In this document: positions 39,953 to 52,892 of the stretch, in pieces
How the letters are laid out: each line of letters opens with the position of its first letter
Numbering within the stretch: the first letter of the stretch is position 1
DNA from: Eledone cirrhosa
Lineage: Eukaryota
Assembly (NCBI GenBank): GCA_964016885.1
Contig: OZ024740.1
Location: forward strand, 118,792,001 to 118,856,000
Length of the DNA: 64,000 bases
Direction of reading: 5' to 3'
Made by a program: the position numbers and the translations under genes
Notes under the pieces: model-generated
What the model was told of the DNA's origin: nothing
The model's database searches: none
What the model saw: the letters and a program-made list of their open reading frames with translations, nothing else

Positions 39953-41730
39953 TCATCATCATTTAACGTCCATCTTCCATGCTAGCATGGGTTAGACTGT
40001 TTCGTTCCATTTGATGCGGGAATGGTCGTGAGACCATGTCTCGCTTGCACGGAATCATCTCTGGCAGGTTTTTTTACAGCTGGATGCCCTTCCTAACACC
40101 AACCACATTTACAGTGTGGACTGGGAGCCTTTTCAACATATCTCCTACATGGCCACCTTACAGTGTGGACAGTTGTGTCATCGACACAGTGGACGGAACA
40201 GGAGAGGGAGGGTGGGATAGGTTGGGGCAGTGGGGTGTACATTGAGTTAATAGGTGCCTACTGACTGTAGGTTTGTATGCAATGGTAGTCACAACTTCTG
40301 TACAACTGCATGGCGCAAAAGGTCTTGATCCAGTGTCATTGTCTTAGAGAGGTGTTGGTGGGCAACTTCAGGTTTTACCACCTCGTCCAAGGTTTTTCTC
40401 GGTCTACCCACTCCACAGCTTCCATCAATTTTCATTGCCTTGCACTTTTTTATACAGATGTCGTCCTTCATACGCATCACATGTCTATACAAACGCAATC
40501 TCCTCTCCAGAACACAACATTTGAAACCTCTTATGCTTAGTCTCCCTCTTAGTTTGTTTATGCTTCGCCTTTCACGCACATTACTATTACACATCCATCG
40601 GCGCATGCAAGCTTCATTTCTTTCTAATCTATGCAGGTCTTCACACACAATGACCAAGTCTCACTACCATGTAATATCGCTGTTCGTATACAAGCATCAT
40701 ACAATCTGCCTTTCATTTTTAGAGAAAAACCCCTTGTGGCCAACAGCGGTATTAGCTCCCTGAACTTTTTCCATTCCATTCTACCTCTGGCTATTACACT
40801 TTCAGAGAACCCTCCTCCACTGCTGATTTTGTGACCCAGGTAACGGAATGTGTCTACTATTTCTATAGAACCATCTGGGCAGTTGAAGGAGATATCAACC
40901 AGTGGGTCCTTGCTATTTACTGCATCTGAGCATCGGCCACATATAAAATCTAGATTCTTAGATAGCTTACCTCTGATCCCACTACATCTTTTATGTACCC
41001 ATATTTTGCATTTGGGACATAGTATGGAGTTTCTGCCTACTCCTTTCTTATACACTGAGCATGGCCATTTCCTAGAGTGTACCTGTGCCCTATTCTCCTT
41101 TCTGCATACTAGAACCTTAGTCTTAAAGAAGTTGACTCTAAGGCCTTTTGATTCAAGGCCATGCTTCCATGTTTGAAACTTCCTCTCTAGTTCAGCCATA
41201 GATTCAGCTATGAGAGTTAGATCATCTGCATATAGAAGTTCCCATGAGCAGCCAGTCTTGAACCCCTCTGTTATAGCCTGAAGGGCAATAATAAATAGGA
41301 GGTGGCTAAGGACAGAGCCTGATGAACACCAAATTTTATGCTAAATTATTCACTCTATTCGTTGTTAATTCTAACCATGCTGACTGTTCCTCTATACATG
41401 ACTTGTATAGCTCTTACAAGCCTTTATTCCGCTCCTAGTTTTCTAAGAACCCACCAGATTAAGGTGCGTGAGACTCTGTCAAGCGCCTTCTCCAGGTCAA
41501 CAAAATCTAAGTAGAGGGGTTTACTGTTAGCCAGGTACTTCTCCTGCAATTGCCGTACAAGGAAAATAGCATCCGTGCTACTTTTATCTAGCACAAACCT
41601 AAACTGCTAGATCAATTTGGTCTCTGATCAGTTGAGTAATAACTCTTTCTGTGACTTTTATGATTTGGTCAACTAATTTAATACCCCTACAGTTTCCTCT
41701 ATCTAGGGTGTCTCCTTTGCCCTTGTAAGT
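39950..41730 (-). mobile_element. RTE LINE, 5'-truncated, disrupted
   Basis: ORF pieces 40289-40657, 40624-41199 and 41599-41730 (YKGKGDTLDRGNCRGIKL), with a tail at 39950-39962. Confidence 0.92.
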
Positions 41731-41766
<36 letters not shown>

Positions 41767-41788
41767 TGTATGTATATATACCCACAAT

Positions 41789-42132
41789 GGAGGCACATGG
41801 CTTAGTGGTTAGAGCATTGGCCTTGCAATCGAAAGGTTGTGAGTTCAATTCTCAGACCGTGTGATGTGTTGTTTCCTTGAGCAAGACACTTTATTTCACA
41901 TTGCTCCAGTTCACTCAGCTGTAGAAATGAGATGGGGTCCCTATCATTCGCTGCAAAGTGGTCGTGGAGGTGCCACGGAAAAAAAGCACCCAGCACTCAC
42001 TGTAAATGAGGCTGGTGTTAGGAAGGGCATCCAGCAGTAGAAATCAAGCCAGAATCAGTTCCTGTCCCACCCTTGCAAGCAGGGAAAAAGCGGACGTGAA
42101 ATGAAATGATGATGATGATGATGATGATGATG
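41789..42132 (+). mobile_element. tRNA-derived SINE with RTE 3' tail, full length
   Basis: A-box tggcttagtgg, B-box gttcaattc, core ccttgagcaagacactttatttcac, then a 3' part matching the RTE 3' UTR and (GAT)n. Confidence 0.88.
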
Positions 42133-42599
42133 AATGACCCACAAATATATACCTTAGATTACTCACACTATTTGTCATTCAATAATGTTTGATTGCGTGC
42201 ATGTGTATTTGTCCGGTGAATAAAGTGTCAAGTTTTCTTATTGGTATTGTCATATGCTCATAGAATGATTACTTCACATTTGTGTCTCCAACTTGGTTGT
42301 AAGTCACTGAATAATGATAAGAGAATTTGGAAAGTAAACACAGAAATGAACATGGGGCAAAATTAGAAAGCAGAGAAAAGAAAGAGAGAAGTGGATAGAA
42401 AGAAGGAGAGGGGCAATAAAAAGATACAAAGTTAAACTGGCTGAGATATTGTATATGAAAATGAGATAAATGGTTAGCCTGACAGAGAAAAGTATTTGAG
42501 AGTAATAACTGAAATAGAAAGATATTATGTAAATATGTATGAATGTGCATGTGTTTGTATATAAACCAAACCCAAACATAAACATACTCATGCACATGC

Positions 42600-42669
42600 A
42601 TGGATATATATATACACACATATATATATATGTGTGTGTAAGTGTATATGTGTGTGTGTATTTGTGTGA

Positions 42670-42755
<86 letters not shown>

Positions 42756-42756
42756 A

Positions 42757-42810
<54 letters not shown>

Positions 42811-42841
42811 GAGAAGGAGTGAGAGAGAGAGACGGATAGAA

Positions 42842-42909
<68 letters not shown>
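42600..42909. repeat. Compound (TA)n/(TG)n/(GA)n microsatellite
   Basis: Direct read. Confidence 0.9.
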
Positions 42910-42911
<2 letters not shown>

Positions 42912-43310
42912 AAGGAACGAGAGTAGCAGGGAATAATTGACTGTGTTTAAAAATAGTTTTCATTTCTATACAAACATTACACCTTTCGAAGACAAAAAGA
43001 AAAACAAACAAAAAAAAAGAAAAAACAGATGAAGTTGATAAAATTAAACACAATAACAATAAATTGAAAGCAATAAGAAACTCATTCCAGAGAAAACTAT
43101 CATCTTGCCAGCATGACTTCAGTTATATGGAAAATTCTAGAATCAATTATAACAGGATTCATAAGTGCACAGCTGAAGAATAATTATCACCTCATCCTGG
43201 TCAGCCAGCATGATTTCATGCAAGCAAATTCATGATTGAAAATTCTCAGAGACTTTTTAGAAGTCACCAAGTACATTGATATTGTTTGCCCATTTCATGC
43301 CAAATATACA

Positions 43311-43311
43311 T

Positions 43312-43350
<39 letters not shown>

Positions 43351-44860
43351 GTTTAATGTCTATCTTCCACGCTAGCATGGGTTTAGACGGGAGTTGTCCT
43401 ACTCGAGGCAAGAATGGTCGGGTGACCATGTCTTGCTCGTATAAGACTGTCTGGCAGGTTTTCTACGGCTGGATGCCCTTCCTAACACCAACCACGTTTA
43501 CAGTGTGCACTGGGAGTTTTTACCGTGTTAACTACACGGCCACATTACAGCGTGGACTGTGTGTTTTTTTGTTGCACACCTACACAACCTCATTTATTTT
43601 GGACTGGATGTTGTGGTACCAACATAACTTTGCAGAGAAAGGGTGGTGTTGATGGGATTGGGGGGTGGGGGTGTAATAGGGGTAGTGGGATGGTTAAGTG
43701 GTGCCTACTGACTGTAGGTTTCGCTTTGTACATAGGGAAGGCGAGTCTTCTGTATTACTATATAGCGCCAAAGACCTCGGTTCAGTGACTTTGTCTTAGA
43801 AAGGTGTAAGTGTGTAAGGTCGGAATTTATCATATCGTCCCAGGTTTTTCTGGGTCTACCTACTTCGTAACTTCCATCAATTTTGATCGCCCAGCAATTT
43901 TTTTTATACAACTGTCGTCTTTCATGCGCATCATGTGACCATACCAACGTAGCCTTCTCTTGAGTAAACTGCATCTGATCCCGCTTATTCCTAATTTCTC
44001 ACTTAGTTCATTTATGCTTTGCCGTTCGCATATAGTACTATTACACATCCAACGGAACATGGATGCTTCGTCCCTCTCCAGTCTGTGCAGAGGATCTGCA
44101 CACAAAGCCCAGGTCTCACTGCCATGTAACATTGCTGTTCATATACAGGCCTCATGCAATCTGCCTTTCATTTTTAGAGAGAAAACTTTAGTGGCCAATA
44201 CTGGTATTAGTTCTCTGAACTTTTTCCATCACCACTGCTGATTTTGTCACCCAGGTAACGGAAGGTGGCCACATATAAAATCTACATTCTTCGATAGCTT
44301 ACCTGTGATCCCACTACATCTTTTATGTACCCATAGTTTGCATTTGGGATATAAAATGTAATTTCTGCCTACTCCTTTCCGTCACACTGAGCATGGCCAT
44401 TTCCCAGGGTTTACCTGTACCCTATTTTCCTTTCTACATACTAGAACTTTAGTCTTAGACAAGTTAACTTTAAGGCTTTTTGATTCTAGACCATGCTTCC
44501 ATGTTTTTTTTTCAACTTCTTCTCTAGTCCAGCCATCGATTCAGCTATTAGAGTTAGATCATCTGCGTATAGAACTTCCCATGGGCAGCCAGTCTTGAAC
44601 TCCTCTGTTATAGCCTGAAGGGCAATAATAAATAGGAGGTGGCTAAGGACAGAGCCTTGATGAACACCAACTTTTATGCTAAATTCTTCACTATATTCGT
44701 TGTTAATTCTGACCATGCTGGCTGTTCCTCTATACATGGCTTGTATAGCTCCTACAAGCCATTCTTCCGCTCCTAGTTTTCTAAGAACCCACCAGATTAA
44801 GGTGTGTGAGACTCTGTCAAAGGCTTTCTCCAAGTCAACAAAAGCTAAGTAAAGGGGTTT
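43311..44860 (-). mobile_element. RTE LINE, 5'-truncated, with internal deletions
   Basis: KPLYLAFVDLEKAFD...LYADD, MLHGSETWAL and a (CAT)n tail at 43311-43350. Confidence 0.92.
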
Positions 44861-44983
44861 ATATATATATATATATATGCAAGCAAGCATGTATATATGT
44901 GTATGTGTGTATGTATATATCTATATATATTGGAGAATAAAGTTAAATAAAAGTCAAATGATTAAAATTTAGCTTCGTTTATT

Positions 44984-45038
44984 ACTGCTATATATATTTC
45001 AGTGACAGCCATCTTTGGCTGTGACCTCTTCAGGCAGT
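44984..45038 (-). ncRNA. Type I hammerhead ribozyme (inverted copy of 47109-47163)
   Basis: Exact reverse complement of 47109-47163. Confidence 0.82.
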
Positions 45039-47108
45039 TTGAATTAGTATGGTATAGACAAGTACATATGTTGTTTAGGTGTATGATATTGTCAATACTC
45101 TGATATGCCCAGTTCCTTGTTGGGTTGTTAATTCACTGGGGAACTGGAGTCATATGAATTCAAACAAACGAATTTTAGTATCACAGGTCCCCTTCTCCTC
45201 TCATTGGTCAGTTATTAGTGTTGTCATTGTTGGAGTTAGCTTAAAAATTGATAAAATGGTAGAAGGGACAAGGTGTTGAAGGAAAAAATATCAAAAAATG
45301 TGTCAAACTTCCCATTGTTCAGTTCTGAGAGCATTCCTCAGTCAGAAGTCTATAGAATTCTTTCTGGGGTGAGGCTCCCTGTAGTGTTTATGCCTGCTAT
45401 TGTTCAGTACATTTGACCTCCACCATTATTTTGGTACTGTTATTGTTGTAGTGGTCAGCTTATATCTTGCTGCTGCTAACAATTTAGAAGTATTCAGTTT
45501 GTGTTTTCTCTTCATCCCACCCGCCACCATCGTAGTGGTGGTGGCGGGGGGGGGGGGGGGTTATTTCATGTATATGAAGAAATATAAGGCAATAAATGAA
45601 GAAAACAGAAGATAAATAAATAATGTAATAAAATAAAATAATTAATATAATTTGTGTAATTTGAAAATAAATAAATAAATAGAGAATAAAGAATAAAGAG
45701 TAAATGAGAGATTGGTGAAAAAGTAATGATAATGTATATGGAGAAGTGAGAAATAATGTAGGATAAAGTGTGTGTGTGTGTGTGCTATAACCAATCTCAA
45801 GGTCAGAATATGTTGGATAGATTGGTATGATACAAGATGTTAAGATGAGATATTCAATGTGTTTGTGTTATAATCTATCTCAACTTAAAATAAATATAAA
45901 TATAAGGTTATACAGTGAAGAGGGCAGAAAACAAATAACAAATTAATATAGAGAAATCAAGATTTAAGATTGGAACTTTAAAGTCAGAAATCTGGTAAAT
46001 TAAAAGTGTTTGTGTTATAGATGTTGGCCAGATTATTATGGCTGTGACCCTCGAGATACTAAGAGGTGGAAGCGGCCTGATAGCCTAGAGACAGAATCGG
46101 ACACAGCCATAATAATCTGGCCAACATCTATAACACAAACACTTTTAATTTACCAGATTTCTGACTTTAAAGTTCCAATCTTAAATCTTGATTTCTCTAT
46201 ATTAATTTGTTATTTGTTTTCTGCCCTCTTCACTGTATAACCTTATATTTATATTTATTTTAAGTTGAGATAGATTATAACACAAACACATTGAATATCT
46301 CATCTTAACATCTTGTATCATACCAATCTATCCAACATATTCTGACCTTGAGATTGGTTATAGCACACACACACACACACTTTATCCTACATTATTTCTC
46401 ACTTCTCCATATACATTATCATTACTTTTTCACCAATCTCTCATTTACTCTTTATTCTTTATTCTCTATTTATTTATTTATTTTCAAATTACACAAATTA
46501 TATTAATTATTTTATTTTATTATATTATTTATTTATCTTCTGTTTTCTTCATTTATTGCCTTATATTTCTTCATATACATGAAATACCCCCCCCCCTCCC
46601 GCCACCACCACTACGGTGGTGGCGGGTGGGATGAAGAGAAAACACAAACTGAATACTTCTAAATTGTTAGCAGCAGCAAGATATAAGCTGACCACTACAA
46701 CAACAACAGTACCAAAATAATGGTGGAGGTCAAATGTACTGAGCAATAGCAGGCATAAACACTACAGGGAGCCTCACCCCAGAAAGAATTCTATAGACTT
46801 CTGACTGAGGAATGCTCTCAGAACTGAACAATGGGAAGTTTGACACATTTTTTGATATTTTGTTCCTTCAACACCTTGTCCCTTCTACCATTTTATCAAT
46901 TTTTAAGCTAACTCCAACAATGACAACACTAATAACTGACCAATGAGAGGAGAAGGGGACCTGTGACACTAAAATTCGTTTGTTTGAATTCATATGACTC
47001 CAGTTCCCCAGTGAATTAACAACCCAACAAGGAACTGGGCATATCAGAGTATTGACAATATCATACACCTAAACAACATATGTACTTGTCTATACCATAC
47101 TAATTCAA

Positions 47109-47163
47109 ACTGCCTGAAGAGGTCACAGCCAAAGATGGCTGTCACTGAAATATATATAGCAGT
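47109..47163 (+). ncRNA. Type I hammerhead ribozyme
   Basis: actgc-CTGAAGA-ggtcacagcca aaga tggctgtcact-GAAA-tatata-TA-gcagt. Confidence 0.85.
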
Positions 47164-47658
47164 AATAAACGAAGCTAAATTTTAATCATTTGACTTTTAT
47201 TTAACTTTATTTTACACTACTCCGGAGTAACCAAACCAACCTGCGCACTTCGTCGAGTGCTCCAGCCTGCATACTGAGGTGTTGGTATACAACCAACATA
47301 AACTCTAAATCTATATTGGAGAATATATGGTTTTGTCAACAATTCCTATGAAACTGCTAGAAAATCCAACTTATACCATATATTAAAATATATAAATTAC
47401 CTCTTGGGCTACATATCGAGGCTTATTCTTTCAAAATCTCAAAATCACACTGAAGTAGACATATACATATTCTCCTGTATCAGAAATTGTATGTATAGTC
47501 TATCAGTGATGACAGGTTGTAATGGAAAACGGAATACATGTGATTTTGTCTACCTAGTTTAAGCTATTGCTAATTCCCTAAAATGTCAATGGTATTTATT
47601 AATATATATATATATTATTCAACATATTAATAAATGGAGACATTTACATAATCAAAGT

Positions 47659-47730
47659 ATATGTTTTATTATATATATTTCAGAGGTACTGTGCTGTTTT
47701 TTCAGTACGTCCTCATCAGATAAAATATAT
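47659..47730 (-). ncRNA. Type I hammerhead ribozyme
   Basis: atatattttat-CTGATGA-ggacgtactg...cagtacctct-GAAA-tatata-TA-ataaaacatat. Confidence 0.83.
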
Positions 47731-47984
47731 GAATTGATGTATGACATACCTCAACTGTGTTGATGGTTTAATTTCAGTCTTGGCAGTAGACACTTATGTG
47801 AGAATGTATATGTTTACGTACTATTACGTATAAGCATGTGTTTTGAGTGTGTATATGCTTATGTTCTGGATATTTATTTATATTTTATTTTTCCCTCAAT
47901 TTTTTGCCAGTATATTGATTTCAGCCTCACTTTCATATTTCCTAAACTTTATATTCAAATCTATATTTTATAAACATTCCTTAC

Positions 47985-48049
47985 TATTCTTTCTGATGAC
48001 TGAAGACAGATATAAATATGTCTTCAAGAAACCAGTGGTAAATGAAATA
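47985..48049 (+). ncRNA. Type I hammerhead ribozyme (weak stem I)
   Basis: tattcttt-CTGATGA-c tgaagaca...tgtcttca a-GAAA-ccagtgg-TA-aatgaaata. Confidence 0.65.
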
Positions 48050-49224
48050 ATTATCTTATGTTGTTTATTACATAACTAAAAAGCTCTGTAGCCTACATAG
48101 AGCACTCTCTTTTCCTTTACTTTTCCTACGGAAATACTTCATTTATATATATATATTATATATATATATATATTATATATATATATATTATATATATATA
48201 TATTATATATATATAAGGCAAGTTCAGCCACACCCAGCCCCCACGCACCGCAATGAAAGATTTAATTGTGTTTACAAAAAATTTTGAACAATCCTTTTGA
48301 CAACTACAATCTTCCCATATATGGAATTACTCCTTGAAAAGTTCGATTATTTATTACCATGCTAAAAATCTAATTTAGTCCAGAAATGTAGTTCGAAATG
48401 GCTTGAGCTCTACCGTTGGGGGTCTTGAAATTTTCCTAAGTATTGAGTACTTTGGTGCATTACGGTCCACCTGGTTCCTTACCACACTTCCTTCGTTATA
48501 TACATATATATAACATGGTTGGCATCCAGCTGTATAAACTAAACAAAAACACAGATCAATATGAGAAAGACATGGTCACCTGGCCTGAATTTCCTCATAA
48601 TTTGTGAACCCATCTAATCCATTCATATGTGGAAATTGGATATTAGATGATGATGTTGATGATAATATATATATAATTTTTTACTCATTATCCCACACAT
48701 AATAGTTAACAAATAGCACAGAACAAGTTAACCAAGACCCACCACACAAATATAATTACACCGCGAAAAAATTCATCTTTTAATACAGTGAAATAAAAAA
48801 AAAACGTTCACAGCAAGCAAATATTTTATGTTTATTCAACAAAACCTAAAAGCCATAAATAAGGAATACATATAAACCAAATTTAAACATCTCTAAGAGA
48901 GATGAACAAATGATTAAAAAACACTCTCCACTGGAGAAATTTTATCAGGTCCTCTCACCTTTTATATATCTATATACCTATACATATGATGGTTTATGTG
49001 GTCCCACATACAATATAATTATATATATTAAACATGCATATATCTTACTCTAAGCATTTGAAGCTGTGACTTTATCATACATGTATACATGTATGAATAA
49101 GATATGAAGTGATCATAGCTGAAAAGCATTTAATCATAACTGTTCTCGCAGATGCTCAGCATCATAGAAACCATCACACTGTTTCCCCAAATGCCCATTA
49201 AAGTCACCTGCTTGTCATTTCTGA

Positions 49225-49530
49225 TTGCAATAAGGTTGTGAGTTCAATTCTCAGACCGGGTGATGTGTTGTTTCCTTGAGCAAGACACTTTATTTCACAT
49301 TGCTCCAGTTTACTCAGCTGTAGAAATGAGATGATAGGACTGGGGTCCATATCATTCCACTGTAAAGTGGTCGTGGAGGTGCCACAGCAAAAAAGCACCC
49401 AGCACTCACTGTAAATGAGGTTGGTGTTAGGAAGGGCATCCAGCTGTAGAAATCAAGCCAGAATCAGTTCCCGTCCCACCCTTGCAAGGAGGGAAAAGCA
49501 GACGTAAAATGATGATGATGATGATGATGA
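49225..49530 (+). mobile_element. tRNA-derived SINE with RTE tail, 5'-truncated
   Basis: Matches 41820-42132. Confidence 0.85.
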
Positions 49531-49550
49531 TATATATATATATATATATA

Positions 49551-50500
49551 CTCTTTCACCTGCACATTCACCCACATTGTCTATGCCCTCCGGTGTTCCC
49601 TTTGCAGGTATTTATACATCAGACAAATGGGATGCCATATGGCGGGCCATTTTGCTGAGCATTTGAGTGACATACGACTCGGTTTGGATACTCCTGCAGC
49701 TCATCATTTCTGTTCTCCTGGCCATTCTTCCCAACATGTTTCAGTCCTGGGTGTCCTTTTACATCATAGATCACAGGCTTCACACACCAGGACTGAACAA
49801 AGTCTGATTCACAGCCTAGGGTCCTGTTTCCCTCTTGGACTCAACTCACCTCCCCTAATTCTTGAATACCCTGTCCATTATCACATGCGCGTGTACATTT
49901 ACCCTTATATTCCTATCGCTCTCTCTTGATCATTAACATCTTCTCTTACATCTAATACAGACTGACTATATATGCTCACTCCGCTTTTCCCTTCACAGCT
50001 CTGTACACAGACATACACACCCCTATATTAACAGACTTTTGCTCATACCTTCATACTTACATGCACATACACTCTTTTACTTACATATGCACACACATTT
50101 CCTCTTAGCTTCATACTGACGTATAATAGCACAGACACACACACATGCTTACGCACGTGCACAAGTATAGCTCTTTTTACAAAACGTTTTTTTTTCCATT
50201 TCAGGTAGACGCGCACCATCATTCACTTTTCTAAAAAACAAATCATACACGAAACGCCAGCACCAACAGTTTTGCAAGAGATGTCAACATGAATGGACCT
50301 GTTATTTTTATCTAAAGACATTTTTTCCAATTCCAACCCGTCCGTCCCCTCAATCTATCTTATTTCTCATTGTTTCTTCTTATGAAGGACTAGCGTCCGA
50401 AACGTTAAGACCCTCTTCCTGCTATATCAAGCGTTAACCTAATATATCCCTTCCATATACTGTACCGATTGTGTTGTTATTTCTGTTTACCTTTTACACA
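49551..50500 (+). mobile_element. PLE 3' remnant: decayed GIY-YIG endonuclease, 3' region and decayed HHR (50375-50410)
   Basis: THIVYALRCSLCRYLYIRQMG...HFAEHLSDIR...PAAHHF...EQSLIHSLG...PLGLN, then tctt-CTTATGA-aggactagcgtcc-GAAA-cg-TT-aaga. Confidence 0.75.
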
Positions 50501-51556
50501 CATATATATATATATATATATGTATACTTGGAATTTTTACATTTGCTTTTCCAGATAGATTGGACTAGACATTTTTCAAGTAATAGTATTCTACAGCTGG
50601 GAGCCAAACATAATTTATAGCTATGATGTGTTACTCATAATATTTTGTTGAAACATCACTTAGGGGTGCATTGTTTACACAAAACACAAACAAAATTTAA
50701 GTAGTTGCTTAAAAAATAATTGGAAACCTCTCTTTCTCTCTCTCTCACACACACACACATATACAGTGAGCTACTTTCAAAATTCACACACAAGGAATTG
50801 GTCAGTTCGATGCTTTAGTAGAAGACAATTATCTAAGGTGCCATATTGAGGGATGGGGAGCCAGAACCATGTGGCTGTGAAGTGAATGTTGTAACCATAC
50901 AGCTATCTTAGCATCTATTACGTATATATGTGTGTGTGTGTATATATATGTCACCATCATAATCATCCCCATCATTATCATTTAATATTTATTTTCCCAG
51001 CTAGCAGGGTTTGGATGTGTCACCCACAGACCAGTCAGTACTGAAGCAAAGCCACCGACTTCCAGGTGGACCAGGGGCATAATGTATGATAGTGCACTCT
51101 ACTAAATGCAAGGAACAGACACTAAAGCAGTTATTTTGTCTATGGCACACCAGAAGAGTTCTCCTGACCCTTTGATTTGCAAGTTTTCTATGACTGGATG
51201 CTCTTCCTATCACCAGCCACTTTTCAGGGTGTGCTGGGTGCATTTATTATGCAGTTCACCAACAGTAGAGCGTTTGGAATGTCCCTGTCACAAAAAGAAT
51301 CTTCATGATGCCTTTAGTATGGCTTCAATAGTGGGGTACGTGGTTTTTTATTCATAACATTGACAATAAAGAGGCTGCCAGTTACTTAACTGAAGAGCCC
51401 TTTCTACTCTATGAACAAGGATAGGGTGCATGCCATGGGTGGAATAAATTTACATGAATAAGGGTCATGAGTGTGAATGTAGGGGCAACATTTGGCAATG
51501 TGGGAGGTGCTATGGTGATATCAGCTATGAAGAGCAATGTATATATATATATATAT

Positions 51557-51898
51557 GGAGGCACATGGCTTAGTGGTTAGAGCATTGGCCTTGCAATCGA
51601 AAGGTTGTGAGTTCAATTCTCAGTCTGGGTGATGTGTTGTTTCCTTGAGCAAGACACTTTATTTCACATTGCTCCAGTTTACTCAGCTGTAGAAATGAGA
51701 TGATAGGGACTGGGGTCCATATCATTCCACTGCAAAGTGGTCGTGGAGGTGCCACGGCAAAAAAGCACCCAGCACTCACTGTAAATGAGGTTAGTGTTAG
51801 GAAGGGCATCCAGCTTTAGAAATCAAGCCAGAATTAGTTCTCGTCCCACCCTTGCAAGCAGGGAAAAGCGGACGTAAAATGATGATGATGATGATGAT
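51557..51898 (+). mobile_element. tRNA-derived SINE with RTE tail, full length
   Basis: Near-identical to 41789-42132. Confidence 0.88.
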
Positions 51899-51925
51899 AT
51901 ATATATCATCATCAGGTCGATATAT

Positions 51926-52271
51926 ATATCATCATCTCTGTCTCTCATAGCATTTGCCAGTTCTTCCGCAGTGAATCCAGTATCGTCTTCAAGTTGCTTG
52001 ACGTATGTCTTCTTGGGACGCCCAGCGTTTCTTGCTCCATGATGTGGACTCCATAACAACACATCACCTGCTATTTATTCCTTGCTGCGCCAACAGTAGC
52101 AGCCAGCAAATCTGAGTCTCTGTCCACGTATTGATCTGCTGATAGGTGGTATATTGCCATAGAGATCCTTATTTGTTCGCTAACGTCGAAACTGGAGAAA
52201 AAGCTAGACGGGGCATACGCACGTATGCTCTACGCTGATTTAAACGTGTCTTGAATGGAACACCCAACAAA
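51926..52271 (-). mobile_element. Short fragment of a different RTE-like LINE family with an inverted 5' segment
   Basis: Minus strand: TNKDLYGNIPPISRSIRGQRLRFAG...LLWSPHHGARNAGRPKKTY. Plus strand 52180-52271: LTSKLEKKLDGAYARML...HPTN. Confidence 0.7.
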
Positions 52272-52450
52272 TATATATATATATATATACTAGAATTGGT
52301 GCTCTGAAATAGCGATGTATATATGAATGTATATATAGTGTATTTGGTAATATATTGTATGCTTAATTAAAAGCATTTTGAAGACCTTACACTATTGTTT
52401 GAAAGTAGTGACTATGTCACTTACTTCTTTTTTCAACAAACAAAGGGAGA

Positions 52451-52498
52451 TAAGCTGACAGCTCTTTGTTTCATACTGTTAATATTCCTCAGAGCTTA
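52451..52498 (-). ncRNA. Type I hammerhead ribozyme (C3-G8 core)
   Basis: taagct-CTGAGGA-atatt aac agtat-GAAA-ca aagagc tg-TC-agctta. Confidence 0.83.
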
Positions 52499-52848
52499 AT
52501 ACTCCCCTTGTTTGTTGAACATTATGAAAGTTGGATACTTATAGAATTTCAGTAATAATCAGGAACTGATTATACAGAGCGGTTGCCTTTTGCTTGTTGA
52601 AAAAAGAAGTAAGTGACATAGTCACTACTTTAAAACAATAGCGCAAGGTCTTCAAAATGCTTTTAATTAAGCATACATCGTATTACCAAATACACTATAT
52701 ATACATCGCTATTTCAGAACACCAATTCTAAATTTTTTATTTTTGCTGGACTGGCAATCGCTCTGTATATTCAGTTCCTGATTATTACGCGAATTCTATA
52801 AGAATCCAACACTCAGAATTTTCAACAGACAATGCGAGTCGAGTACTA

Positions 52849-52892
52849 AGTTCTGAGGAATACCAACATTATGAAACAGAGATCTGTCAGCT
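52849..52892 (+). ncRNA. Type I hammerhead ribozyme (C3-G8 core)
   Basis: agtt-CTGAGGA-ata ccaacat tat-GAAA-cag agat ctg-TC-agct. Confidence 0.75.

Larger units (their letters stand above)
44940..47311. mobile_element. Non-coding PLE-like palindromic insertion: ~1.11-kb arms (44936-46046 / 46102-47211), 55-bp spacer, ~100-bp tail, candidate 14-bp TSD
   Basis: The arms are near-perfect reverse complements with an HHR in each. tatattggagaata occurs at 44926-44939 and 47312-47325. Confidence 0.85.

Noticed and set aside
41789-41860. tRNA gene
   Set aside because: A and B boxes are present but there is no complete cloverleaf acceptor stem, and it runs into a SINE body and LINE tail.
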